Positions 31,080 through 40,714 of a DNA stretch of 64,000 bases are shown here, one piece after another. Location of the stretch: positions 2,688,001 through 2,752,000 of the forward strand of contig CAWGRW010000009.1 of assembly GCA_963825135.1 (NCBI GenBank), given 5' to 3'. The stretch comes from an uncultured bacterium (GTDB taxonomy: Bacteria; Desulfobacterota_D; UBA1144; Nemesobacterales; UBA2774). A model generated the notes under the pieces. The model did no database searches. It saw only the letters and a program-made list of their open reading frames with translations, and was not told where the DNA came from. The position numbers and the translations under genes were made by a program. Within the stretch, counting starts at the first letter, position 1, and each line of letters opens with the position of its first letter.

Positions 31080-32465
31080 ATGAAAATTAAACCCGTAACC
31101 AAAGAAGAGAGGCGTAAACAGGGAAAAGCCCTTCGCGAGAAGTGTCCGCGCTCCTCACACGCGGAATGGAATCCGCAGCCGCGCCCTCAGACCGTCGCTG
31201 ATCTTCTCGAAGAATCAAATGCCGACAGGATCCCCGGACTCATCGCAATCCGCTACGGCAGGATGGCCCAGACTCCATTCACCTTCTTCCGCGGCTCGGC
31301 CATCATACAGGCGCGCGACCTGATCAATTCTCCGAACTCGGGTATCACCGTTCAGGCCTGCGGCGACTGCCACCTGATGAATTTCGGCGGCTTCGCTACG
31401 CCAGAGCGGAACCTTGCATTCGATATCAACGATTTCGACGAGACTTTTCCGGCTCCGTTCGAGTGGGATATAAAGCGGCTTGCGGCGAGCATCGTGGTAT
31501 GCGCCAGGGAACGGGACTTCTCAAAAAAGGACGCGGATAAAGCCGTCGGGGCAGCCGTCGAGTCGTACAGAACGCGTATGTCGGAATACGCCGATTTGAC
31601 GCTTTTAGAGCTCTGGTACTCGAAAATCACCTTAGACGACATGATGGAGGCTTTTAAAGAGCATGAGGACACGGTAAAAAGGATAGAGAAGAAGAAAGAG
31701 GAAGCGCAGTCCCGAACCTCCGAGGCTTTATTTCCCAAGCTTACCGATGTCAAGGACGGATTAAGAAGGATCGTGGATAACCCTCCGTACATCTTTCATT
31801 TCAAAGAGAACGTTCCGGAGTTCGAAAAGGCCGCAATTAAGTTCAGGGAGCACTACGAGAAAACGCTGCAATCAGACCGACGGATTTTATATAATCGCTA
31901 CATCCCCGAAGACATAGTGGTAAAGGTCGTCGGAATCGGCAGTGTGGGCACACGATGTGTTGTCTCATTGCTGCTTGCGGATGAGAATGACCCTCTATTC
32001 CTGCAGATCAAGGAAGCGCGCCGGTCGGTGCTCGAGCCTCCCGGCGCAAAGAGCCGTTTTAAAAACCAGGGGCAGCGGGTGGTAGACGGTCAGCGTCTCC
32101 TTCAGGCGATGAGCGACATCTTCCTCGGCTGGTCCCGGGTCCCCGGCGGGCACGATTATTATGTCCGCCAGCTCCGTGACATGAAGATATCCGCAGAGCC
32201 CGAAACATGGTTTCCGGAGACCATGATAGACTATTCGACGATGTGCGGATGGGCACTGGCGCGGGCGCATGCAAAGTCCGGGGACGCTCAAATGATAGCC
32301 GGATACCTTGGATCATCCGACCGATTCGACGACGCCGTAGCGGCGTACGCCGAGTCTTATGCCGATCAGGTAGAACACGACTTCGAGGCCTTCAAGAAGG
32401 CGATCAGCAGGGGCCGTTTTCATACGGATATAGACGAGTCGAGCGAATTCAGCTTTCTCTTGTAG
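31080..32465 (+). CDS. DUF2252 domain protein
   Basis: RYGRM..PFTFFRGSA, CGDCHLMNFG, FDINDFDE, KVVGIGSVGTR, RQLRDMK, LARAHA.SGD. Confidence 0.9.
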   Translation: MKIKPVTKEERRKQGKALREKCPRSSHAEWNPQPRPQTVADLLEESNADRIPGLIAIRYGRMAQTPFTFFRGSAIIQARDLINSPNSGITVQACGDCHLMNFGGFATPERNLAFDINDFDETFPAPFEWDIKRLAASIVVCARERDFSKKDADKAVGAAVESYRTRMSEYADLTLLELWYSKITLDDMMEAFKEHEDTVKRIEKKKEEAQSRTSEALFPKLTDVKDGLRRIVDNPPYIFHFKENVPEFEKAAIKFREHYEKTLQSDRRILYNRYIPEDIVVKVVGIGSVGTRCVVSLLLADENDPLFLQIKEARRSVLEPPGAKSRFKNQGQRVVDGQRLLQAMSDIFLGWSRVPGGHDYYVRQLRDMKISAEPETWFPETMIDYSTMCGWALARAHAKSGDAQMIAGYLGSSDRFDDAVAAYAESYADQVEHDFEAFKKAISRGRFHTDIDESSEFSFLL

Positions 32466-32534
32466 CCTCCCGTTTAAGAAATTTGTCTTAGATTGCGCTT
32501 AGTTTTGCATAAACCAGTTGGAAGGGAGATAACC

Positions 32535-33092
32535 ATGCGTATTGTCATCCGTACGCTTCAGGGGTTCATGCTGATGTTTCTTATCTTCTCGCCTATGCAT
32601 TCCGCTAATGCGGCGAGTAAAAGCGAGATTAACCGCAAGGTCACGGCCGCGTTGAATACGCTCTACGAGACGACGCCCGGGGCAGAAACCCTCGCGGGCA
32701 ATGCAAAGGGGATACTCGTCTTCCCGGACATCGTGAAGGCCGGTCTTATAGTCGGAGGCCAGTACGGGGACGGCGCCATGCGCATGAAAGGAAAGACGGT
32801 CGCTTACTACCGGTCGTTTGCGGGTTCGTTCGGATTGCAGGCGGGCGTGCAGTCATTCGGCTACGTATTGTTGTTCATGGACGATAAATCGCTCGAATAT
32901 CTGGAAAATAGCGACGGCTGGGAAATCGGCACCGGACCGAGCGTCGTCGTCCTGGACAAGGGATTCGGAAAGAATCTGTCGTCGACGACCCTGAGGAAGG
33001 GCGTCTACGCCTTTATCTTCGATCAGAAGGGGCTAATGGCCGGCATCGGTCTCCAGGGCTCGAAAATAACCAGGATCACGCCTGACAAGTAG
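32535..33092 (+). CDS. Lipid-binding SYLF (Ysc84-like) domain secreted protein
   Basis: Signal peptide; AKGILVFP..KAG..VGGQYG.G, SFGLQAG, KGLMAG..LQGSKI. Confidence 0.85.
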   Translation: MRIVIRTLQGFMLMFLIFSPMHSANAASKSEINRKVTAALNTLYETTPGAETLAGNAKGILVFPDIVKAGLIVGGQYGDGAMRMKGKTVAYYRSFAGSFGLQAGVQSFGYVLLFMDDKSLEYLENSDGWEIGTGPSVVVLDKGFGKNLSSTTLRKGVYAFIFDQKGLMAGIGLQGSKITRITPDK

Positions 33093-33214
33093 TGACGGTA
33101 TGTTCTATCCCGGAGACCGAAGGCAGCCCGCGAGAACAGACAACATCGCTCGTGGTTGTGATGTAATCAAGAACGCCTCATCAGGACCAATCGAGTGACC
33201 AGGAGGCATAAAAA

Positions 33215-35020
33215 ATGATCCTTCAGAGAATATTCACCCGACCCGGTTCCATTCCGTTTTTGGTCATAGCGGCCGCGCTCGTATCGGCGGGCCGCGCGCT
33301 CGGAATCGAATCGGATGTCACGGTCCCGAAATGGGGAATGATTCTTATCGGCCTCTTCGGGGGTCTCGCTATTTTCCTGTTCGGCATGGACCAGATGACG
33401 GACGGACTTAAGGCGGTCATGGGCGACGGCATGAGCACGCTCCTGTCGAGGCTCACAAAGAACAGGTTCATGGCGACCGTCACGGGCGCTATCACTACCG
33501 CTATCATACAATCCTCGTCCGTGACCACGGTTATCGTCATCGGGTTCATATCCGTCGGCCTTATGACGCTTGAGCAGGTCATCGGCGTCATCCTGGGCGC
33601 TAATATAGGCTCGACCATCACGGCCCAGATGATCGCGTTCAATATAACGCAGTACGCGCTCCTGCCTGTAGCCATAGGCTACGGGATGCGGTTCGTGTCA
33701 AAGTCCGAAAAAACCCGTATTTACGGCGGCATCCTCATGGGCATAGGGCTTGTCTTTTTCGGGATGGGAGTGATGAGCGACGCGACCCATCCGCTCCGCA
33801 CATATCAGCCGTTCATCGACGTGATGAAGGAAATGAGCAATCCGCTCCTGGGTATCAGCGCAGGCCTGATATTCACCGGTCTGGTGCAGAGCTCGGCCGC
33901 GACCATAGGCATCGTCATCGTGCTCGCTTCGCAGGGGGCAATAACGCTCGACGCCGGAATAGCGATCGTCCTGGGCGCGAACGTAGGCACATGCGTGACT
34001 GCCGTACTCGCGGCCATAGGCAAGCCCGCGCCCGCGAAACAAGCCGCGGCCGCGCATATCCTGTTCAACATAATCGGCGTGCTTATATGGCTTCCCTTCA
34101 TCGGCTACCTCGCTATGCTCGCCGAAGCCGTCTCTCCGGTGAGCGCGAATCTGTCCGGGACCGAGCTGCTGGCGGCCGACACGCCCCGTCAGATCGCAAA
34201 CGCCCACACTCTATTCAACGTTGCTAATACGCTCATCTTCATAGGCATAATCGGGCCGTTTGCGAGCCTGATCAAGCGGCTCATCCCCGAGCGGCCCGAG
34301 GTTCTGCCCGAGTACGCGCAGCCCAAATACCTGGACGAAGCATTATTGCAAACACCTGCGCTAGCCATCGAGCGCATACGTCTCGAAGCGGTGCGTCTCG
34401 GGGGATATGTGGAGGAATTAATAGAAGCGGCAAGGCCCGCCGTGCTCTCAGGCGGCGGGGAAGACCTGGACAAGATCGTATCCCGTGAAAAGGAGCTCCG
34501 TATGCTGCACGACGCGATCATGGATTACGCAAGACGGCTCTATTCCACGGAGATGAAGTCGTCTGAAACGAGAAGGCTCGAGGCTTTGATCACAGTGACC
34601 GTCAACCTGGAGCACGTCGGAGAAACAATAGCCGTAAATATGGTATCAATCGGCAGGGAGCGGCTTGAGCAGCGCTTTACGTTTAGCGAGGAGACGATCA
34701 GCCGGTTCCAGCCGTATTCGTCTAAGGTCAGGGAGGCTTTTCATACGGCAATTGAAGCCCTCGAACTGAAGGATGCCCGGCTTGCCGTGAGGGTCGTCGA
34801 GATGAAGCCGGACGTCGAAAGGCTGGCGGACGAGATAGTCGAGCACCTCTCCCGCCGCCTGGTCAGCGACGATCCTAACCGGGCAGTGCTTTACAGAGTC
34901 GAAAGCCAGTTCGTAGAGCTCATTCAGCGCATATATTATTTTGCCGGTATGATAGCCAATGAGATAGCACAGGAAGCCGGGTATGGGAAAGCGTCCGTCA
35001 CACCCGTGCTATCCATTTAG
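33215..35020 (+). CDS. Na/Pi cotransporter family protein with PhoU-like C-terminus
   Basis: QSSSVTT, GANIGST, QSSAAT, GANVGTC repeats; IANAHTLFN. Confidence 0.9.
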   Translation: MILQRIFTRPGSIPFLVIAAALVSAGRALGIESDVTVPKWGMILIGLFGGLAIFLFGMDQMTDGLKAVMGDGMSTLLSRLTKNRFMATVTGAITTAIIQSSSVTTVIVIGFISVGLMTLEQVIGVILGANIGSTITAQMIAFNITQYALLPVAIGYGMRFVSKSEKTRIYGGILMGIGLVFFGMGVMSDATHPLRTYQPFIDVMKEMSNPLLGISAGLIFTGLVQSSAATIGIVIVLASQGAITLDAGIAIVLGANVGTCVTAVLAAIGKPAPAKQAAAAHILFNIIGVLIWLPFIGYLAMLAEAVSPVSANLSGTELLAADTPRQIANAHTLFNVANTLIFIGIIGPFASLIKRLIPERPEVLPEYAQPKYLDEALLQTPALAIERIRLEAVRLGGYVEELIEAARPAVLSGGGEDLDKIVSREKELRMLHDAIMDYARRLYSTEMKSSETRRLEALITVTVNLEHVGETIAVNMVSIGRERLEQRFTFSEETISRFQPYSSKVREAFHTAIEALELKDARLAVRVVEMKPDVERLADEIVEHLSRRLVSDDPNRAVLYRVESQFVELIQRIYYFAGMIANEIAQEAGYGKASVTPVLSI

Positions 35021-35232
35021 AAACGCCTGTAGCGCTTCGGGCAGGGACATTTAAGAGGACTATTGCAATCCGGTTTACCATCTTCACATGGATCGGGCGG
35101 CAATCCCGGACAGCCGGGCTTTCGGGAGGCGATTCCACAAAGTTGACAGAAAAATATACGCAGTAAGATAGTATTATAGATAAGATAATATGAGCTCCGA
35201 GGGGGGGTCGAGGTTGAGGAGGCATTGTAATC

Positions 35233-36165
35233 ATGAGAGAGATAAAAAGGATAATATGGGCCAGCGACGGCTCGAAGGAATCATTGGAAGCGCTTAACTA
35301 TGCAATATATCTCGCCCGGAGATCCCGGGCCGAACTGACGGGCATATACGTGATCGAAATGCATCCGAGGCTCTTATACGACTACGCGAGGGACCCCGAC
35401 AGCGACCTCTACGGATGGGTGGAGCAAGCGGCCGCCAGCCACAAGGCGAGACTCGCTTCGGAGGCGGAGAACGCGGGCGTTGAGGGTCTCCCATTCCGTA
35501 CCTCCGTCTTGATCGGAGACCCGAGCGTGGAAATCGTCAAACTCGCGCGCCGCAGGAAGGCCGACCTCATAGTATTGGGGATACGCGGTCTCGGCCTAAT
35601 AGACAGGATGCTGGTCGGGAGCACGGCGTTGAAAGTTTTAAGACAGTCCGGTATTCCCGTCCTCGCCGTTAAGAAAAGGGACAAAACAAGTGCGATAGAG
35701 ATACGGAACATTCTCGTCCCCCTGGATATATATGAAAAAGAAGAATCCGCCCTGAGCTGCGCAGTAGATTTGGCGCAGGCGTTCAAGGCGAATATCTCGG
35801 TCGTGTACGCCTACAGGCTGTTCGCTTACGCCGCCCTCGAAGAAGGAGAACCCCCGGTCGGAATAAATGAATTGGGCGAGGACGCGCTGAAGTTTTTTTC
35901 CGCAGAACTGGCGGCGCGGGTCGAGGAACCGAGACAAAGGCTTAAGACAGACGGCACAGAGGCCGGCAAACCGGGGATCACGACGGATCAGATCGAGGGA
36001 ATAAACCCCGCGATGGGCATTGTCGAGTACGCGGACAATAAGGAAATGGACTTGATAGTAGTAAACACCCATGCGAGAAAGGGGATTAAAAAGTTTATCA
36101 TGGGGAGTGTTACCGAGAAGATCGTTCAGGAGTCCGCCTGTCCGGTATTGGTCATCAAGCCGTAG
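35233..36165 (+). CDS. Universal stress protein (tandem UspA domains)
   Basis: ADLIVLG..G....LVGSTA..V and DLIVV...IMGSVTEKIV..SACPVLVI. Confidence 0.9.
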   Translation: MREIKRIIWASDGSKESLEALNYAIYLARRSRAELTGIYVIEMHPRLLYDYARDPDSDLYGWVEQAAASHKARLASEAENAGVEGLPFRTSVLIGDPSVEIVKLARRRKADLIVLGIRGLGLIDRMLVGSTALKVLRQSGIPVLAVKKRDKTSAIEIRNILVPLDIYEKEESALSCAVDLAQAFKANISVVYAYRLFAYAALEEGEPPVGINELGEDALKFFSAELAARVEEPRQRLKTDGTEAGKPGITTDQIEGINPAMGIVEYADNKEMDLIVVNTHARKGIKKFIMGSVTEKIVQESACPVLVIKP

Positions 36166-36263
36166 CACACGGGTCTCTATGCAGGAGCTTCACGCAATGT
36201 TATAATCCCTGCTAATTCCGATTATCAATGATTACGTCGGCCATACGTTAAATAGAGGGGACG

Positions 36264-37019
36264 ATGATTATGCGAAGAATTAATTATAAAACGCTTGCGG
36301 GCGGCTTTATCTGGCTGAGTTTGGCGCTCATATTCATCATGCCGAAAACCGTTCGGGCGCAGTATGAGTTTACAAACGACGAAGCGCAGTTTACGACCGA
36401 ATATCCGGGCCTCGCAGTCCAGGACTTCAGGGGACTCGGCGTGACGCCGGGGTCGGATAGCAACTGCACCGCGCCCGTAGATGAATTAAGCAACGACGCG
36501 TGCTTTTCTCCCGGCGATATACTCCCGGGGATCGAATTCTCGGCTTTCCCCCAGGGGGATATTGCACTATTGGGCGCGTTCGTAGCCAATAACCCTTTCC
36601 CCGCGCTCGCGACCGACGAATTTTTGGATACGCTGGTTATAGGTTTCCTGAACGGAGACGTCAAGCAGGTGGGCATCGACCTCTGCTGTTTCGCAGAGGG
36701 GGGAGCGCCCTGCAGTGAAACCCTGAACGTAAACGTATTCAACGAAGACGACGTACAGATAGGCTCAACGACGGTTATAGCCACGGACGAGTGCGACAGC
36801 TTCCTCGGCATATCGTCCGATAAGTTCATATTGAGGGTCGAGATCTCGGGACCGGACGATATTTTTCCGGGCGTCGACAAAGTGCTCTTCGGCAACCGGG
36901 TCGGGGAGAACGTCCCGACTCTGAGCGAATGGGGGATGCTCTCGGCCGCAGCGGGATTGGGATTGATCGGACTGTTCTTCGTTGCGAGGAGAACTAGGGC
37001 CGTGAGGCGGGCCGGATAA
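36264..37019 (+). CDS. IPTL-CTERM sorting domain secreted protein
   Basis: Signal peptide; C-terminal VPTLSEWG + TM + RRTR. Confidence 0.85.
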   Translation: MIMRRINYKTLAGGFIWLSLALIFIMPKTVRAQYEFTNDEAQFTTEYPGLAVQDFRGLGVTPGSDSNCTAPVDELSNDACFSPGDILPGIEFSAFPQGDIALLGAFVANNPFPALATDEFLDTLVIGFLNGDVKQVGIDLCCFAEGGAPCSETLNVNVFNEDDVQIGSTTVIATDECDSFLGISSDKFILRVEISGPDDIFPGVDKVLFGNRVGENVPTLSEWGMLSAAAGLGLIGLFFVARRTRAVRRAG

Positions 37020-37066
37020 ATCAACCCCGGACCGGATACCTGTTGAAGCTCCCGCCCGGATATATC

Positions 37067-37094
37067 TTTACAAAGACAGATAAGCCGTTATAAT
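37067..37094 (+). promoter_or_regulatory. Sigma-70-like promoter
   Basis: TTTACA-16 nt-TATAAT, 9 nt before the ATG at 37104. Confidence 0.5.
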
Positions 37095-37103
37095 TCTGCG
37101 GTC

Positions 37104-37256
37104 ATGAGCGAACAAGAGAAAAAAGACGGACAGAAGAAGCTATTCGAGCTTTCGGAGCGCGAGAAATCGGGCGCGCTTTACATCATGGGCGTGGCAATAC
37201 TCATATTCTCTATCGTATTCCTCGCCTCCCTCACCAACATAGTGCTCCATCCCTGA
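37104..37256 (+). CDS. Small single-TM protein (50 aa; absent from ORF track)
   Basis: MSEQEKKDGQKKLFELSEREKSGALYIMGVAILIFSIVFLASLTNIVLHP; host-like codon usage; promoter upstream. Confidence 0.65.
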   Translation: MSEQEKKDGQKKLFELSEREKSGALYIMGVAILIFSIVFLASLTNIVLHP

Positions 37257-37260
37257 GTGT

Positions 37261-37761
37261 TCAGGCGGCCGATACCCACCTGATAAGGAGCGTTACGAGG
37301 CCGTGAGGGTCGAGCGGCCCGCCCGCGTTGTCCTTGTAAACTACTGCGCTATCTTCCTTGCTGAAATTAACCTTGATGAGCTGGATCGCTGACGAGAGCT
37401 TGCCCTCGCCGTCCTTTTCGGTCCTCCTAATCTTTCCGATCACCGTGAGCAAGTCGGGGTCTTCGTCGAACAGGACGACTATCCTCGATGGGGAGAATAC
37501 CGAGAAACCGCCCCTCCTGCCGGGTATGGACAGGAAGAGTCCGAGGAAATCCGGCGTGAGCCTCTGGAGCGACAGCCTCATGCCCGGCGAGGCGTCGTTA
37601 AAAATAGTTACCGCACGCCTGGTGAGCACGTAAAACTCCTCTACGGCAGCGAGGAATACCTTGTCTTCGTCCGTGAGCGGGGGTATTGCCGCAGGTGTAC
37701 CTTCACCCTTCTGCACGCTCCGTGCAATCGTCCTTATATCATTTTCGAAATCGTCGGCCAT
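37261..37761 (-). CDS. Hypothetical protein
   Basis: 166-aa ORF with GAGG RBS and host-like codon usage; no recognised motif. Confidence 0.65.
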   Translation of the reverse strand: MADDFENDIRTIARSVQKGEGTPAAIPPLTDEDKVFLAAVEEFYVLTRRAVTIFNDASPGMRLSLQRLTPDFLGLFLSIPGRRGGFSVFSPSRIVVLFDEDPDLLTVIGKIRRTEKDGEGKLSSAIQLIKVNFSKEDSAVVYKDNAGGPLDPHGLVTLLIRWVSAA

Positions 37762-37959
37762 TTATAGTCCTCGTTATTTAGAGTCCCCCGCCCGGGAGCG
37801 AAGGCTCCCGCCATAGCGATGACAAATTATAATCGCGATAACACGGACGTAAAGCACTATGGATATTCGAACTCGGAGGATCGTCCGTCCGCCCCTGATT
37901 TTTTTATCTATTATCAGCGTGCCCCGTGTGCTAGGATATAAATAAGAGGAGCAGAGATT

Positions 37960-38166
37960 ATGGCTAATGAATCCACGAGAGTTTCATTTGTGATTGATTC
38001 GGAGAAGCGCGTTTCGCTCGATAAGATCGCCTGCGCCTACGGCAAGAACCTGAGCGCGGTCATAAACGAGGCGATAAACAATTACATAGACATCCACGGG
38101 CGGTATGCGAGCCTTGCGCAGATAGAGGCGGACGCCTCCGAAGACGGGGACTTCGCGACCGACTGA
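37960..38166 (+). CDS. CopG/ribbon-helix-helix family protein (antitoxin-like, possibly truncated)
   Basis: RVSFVID....LDKIA......S.VINEAI..YI and C-terminal GDFATD; GAGGAG RBS. Confidence 0.6.
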   Translation: MANESTRVSFVIDSEKRVSLDKIACAYGKNLSAVINEAINNYIDIHGRYASLAQIEADASEDGDFATD

Positions 38167-38247
38167 GGGAACGAATCGCATTCCGTTCTTATGCGCCGTC
38201 CCGGATTGAAATCACATGCGAATCTGGTACTGTAACTCCCTGTTCAT

Positions 38248-40218
38248 GTGTGCTCCGGGGGGACATTCCAGTTGAAGACCAAACCGCTTTATGCGAGGGT
38301 TGCCGGGATAGTTTTACTCGCGGCGGCTTTGTACGGGTGCGAAACAGCCGGGTCCGACCTCTCGCTCAAAGGCAGGGTTATTGCCGGGGACGAGCCCGTA
38401 TCGGGCTCGAGCGTGACCCTCTACGCGGCGGGCACCGTAATATCCGAGACCCTGGGCGGCGGCTCGACCGACAGCGAGGGGAATTTCAGCATAAAATTCA
38501 GAAGACCGGCCGAGAGCGGCATCATTTACGCCGTCGCCCGCGGGGGAACGCCCCGGGGGAACGCCTCGCCTAACGAAGCGCTCGCGTTCCTCACCATAAT
38601 CGGCGAAGTCAACGGCAGGCCGGACAGGGTGACGCTGAACGAGCTTACGACCATAGCGTCCGTGTGGACGAACGCCCGGTTCCTGAGCGGGAGCGCGATA
38701 ATAGGAAACAGCACCGGCATATATAACGCAGCCGGGAACGTACGGAACATAGTCAATATAGAGACCGGCGCGCCGGGCGGGGTTATAGTGAACGCCGTGA
38801 ACGGCTCCCCTGCCGGGGCGCTCGCATCAACCAACACGCTGGGCGATATTATCCACGCGTGCGCGGTTCACTCGCCCGCGGACGCCTGCGAAAAACTCTT
38901 CTCCGCGGCGACCCCTCCCGGATGGTCCGCACCCGGAGACACCATTTCGGCGCTCCACGACATAGCGCTTAACCCCTGGAACAACATCGATGGAATATTC
39001 TCTCTCCTGTCCATGGGCGAGCCCTATTCCCCGGTGCTCAACTCGCCCCCTTCGTCGTGGGCGGTCGCCCTTAAATACACGGGCGGCGGACTCGACTCGC
39101 CCGGAGCTTTAGCCATAGACGCGGACGGCGACGTCTGGGTGACTAACAGCCTCCTGTCAGGCCCGGAGGACTGTCCGTCCGACGGGTCCGGGGCGACGAA
39201 GCTCGCTCCCGACGGCACGCCGCTCTCCCCGGCTTCCGGATTTACCGGAGGAGGCATAGACGGCGCGGGCTCCGGCATCGCCATAGACCAGACCGGGAAC
39301 GTATGGATAGGGAACAGACGGGGGAACAGCGTATCCCTGATCACCCCCGACGGCTCGCCACTCTCCCCGGACGGGACGGGCTACAAGGCAAACGGCAATA
39401 CTAGCAGGGTCGAGGGGGCGATAGTCGATTACGACGGGAACGTATGGTTCATCAACGGCAGGGCTTCTGACGAGTGCCCCGGATGCGGGAATTCGCTGAT
39501 ATTATTCCCCGGCGGGGACCCCAATAACGCGGTGACGTTCGTATACCCCGGCACAGATACGCTCGACTGGCCTTTCGACATGGCGCTCGACCTCGAAGGG
39601 GACATATGGATAACGAACGGCGCGGGCGGCACCGTGACCAGCATCGACCCTCTGGGGAACCCGGCGTATCAGTCCTTACCCGGATGCTGCGGAATAAGCG
39701 GGCCCAAGGGCCTCGCCGTCGACAGCGTCGGCAACGTGTGGATAGCGAACTTCACGGGCGGGGAAGGCGCCGGCGCGGGGAGCGTCACGCTCCTCGACCC
39801 GTACGGAGCGAACGCCCCGGGATCGCCGTTCACAGGCGGCTTACAGGGCCCCTGGGGAATAGCGATAGACGGGGACGACAACGTCTGGGTAGCCGACTAC
39901 AACGGGGGCGTTCTAGTGAACCTCTGCGGGGAGAGGAGCGAGAACTGCCCTCAGGGGCTTGCTACGGGGGACGCGATATCTCCCTCGGCCGGATACGACG
40001 GCGGGGGCGCGCTCCAGCACGTTACCTCGGTCGCGATAGACCAGGCGGGGAACGTCTGGGCCGCCAACAACGTGAACGACCCCGAAGCGTGCGCCAGGAT
40101 GACGGAAGAAGGCTGCAGACAGGTGTCCACCGAATGCGGAGGGGACGGGGTGGTGGTCTTCTTCGGACTCGCTGCCCCTGTCGATGCGCCCCTTATCGGC
40201 CCTCCGAGGCAGCCGTAG
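38248..40218 (+). CDS. Secreted lipoprotein with NHL-like beta-propeller repeats
   Basis: Lipobox LYGC; repeated P.G(I/L)AID..GNVW(I/V)AN motifs; true start may be TTG at 38272. Confidence 0.8.
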   Translation: MCSGGTFQLKTKPLYARVAGIVLLAAALYGCETAGSDLSLKGRVIAGDEPVSGSSVTLYAAGTVISETLGGGSTDSEGNFSIKFRRPAESGIIYAVARGGTPRGNASPNEALAFLTIIGEVNGRPDRVTLNELTTIASVWTNARFLSGSAIIGNSTGIYNAAGNVRNIVNIETGAPGGVIVNAVNGSPAGALASTNTLGDIIHACAVHSPADACEKLFSAATPPGWSAPGDTISALHDIALNPWNNIDGIFSLLSMGEPYSPVLNSPPSSWAVALKYTGGGLDSPGALAIDADGDVWVTNSLLSGPEDCPSDGSGATKLAPDGTPLSPASGFTGGGIDGAGSGIAIDQTGNVWIGNRRGNSVSLITPDGSPLSPDGTGYKANGNTSRVEGAIVDYDGNVWFINGRASDECPGCGNSLILFPGGDPNNAVTFVYPGTDTLDWPFDMALDLEGDIWITNGAGGTVTSIDPLGNPAYQSLPGCCGISGPKGLAVDSVGNVWIANFTGGEGAGAGSVTLLDPYGANAPGSPFTGGLQGPWGIAIDGDDNVWVADYNGGVLVNLCGERSENCPQGLATGDAISPSAGYDGGGALQHVTSVAIDQAGNVWAANNVNDPEACARMTEEGCRQVSTECGGDGVVVFFGLAAPVDAPLIGPPRQP

Positions 40219-40271
40219 GAATTGGTTGAGGTATCAGTTGTATCCTGCTTTATTACCTATACTTATACATC

Positions 40272-40635
40272 GACCTTCGACCCTTCGACTCCGCGCAGGG
40301 CAGGCTCCTGCTCAGGATGAACGGATTTATTTTTTTTAATGTACCCCCTCACCCTAACCCTCTCCCACGCTGGGGAGAGGAAACAAATATACGTCCTTCG
40401 ACAGGCTCAGGACGGATAGATGAGATTGCCGCGTCGCTTCGCTCCTCGCAAAGACAATATAAGCCTGTCGTCGCGAGGCTACGCATACAGCCGCGTCGAT
40501 CTCGCTTTTTCATGAGATTGCCGCGCTGCTTCGTAATCTGGTATTTGATCTCCTGTGCGGCGGTTAAAGTGCTTATTTGCGATCAGCCAGGGGCGACCGA
40601 TTGCTCTTTTTCATCGCAATCGTTGCAATGACATA
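40272..40635. repeat. Cluster of REP-like palindromic repeats
   Basis: CTTCGAC..GCTCAGGA, CCCTCACCCTAACCCTCTCCC..GGGAGAGG and GAGATTGCCGCG..CTCGCAA units, as at 15.4, 21.0-21.6 and 59.1 kb. Confidence 0.75.
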
Positions 40636-40714
40636 AATTAAGGGAATATTAATCTCCTTGACTGATCCGGGCGAATGTTTATCATAAGAGTATCGGTAAA
40701 TACGCTACGGAGGC

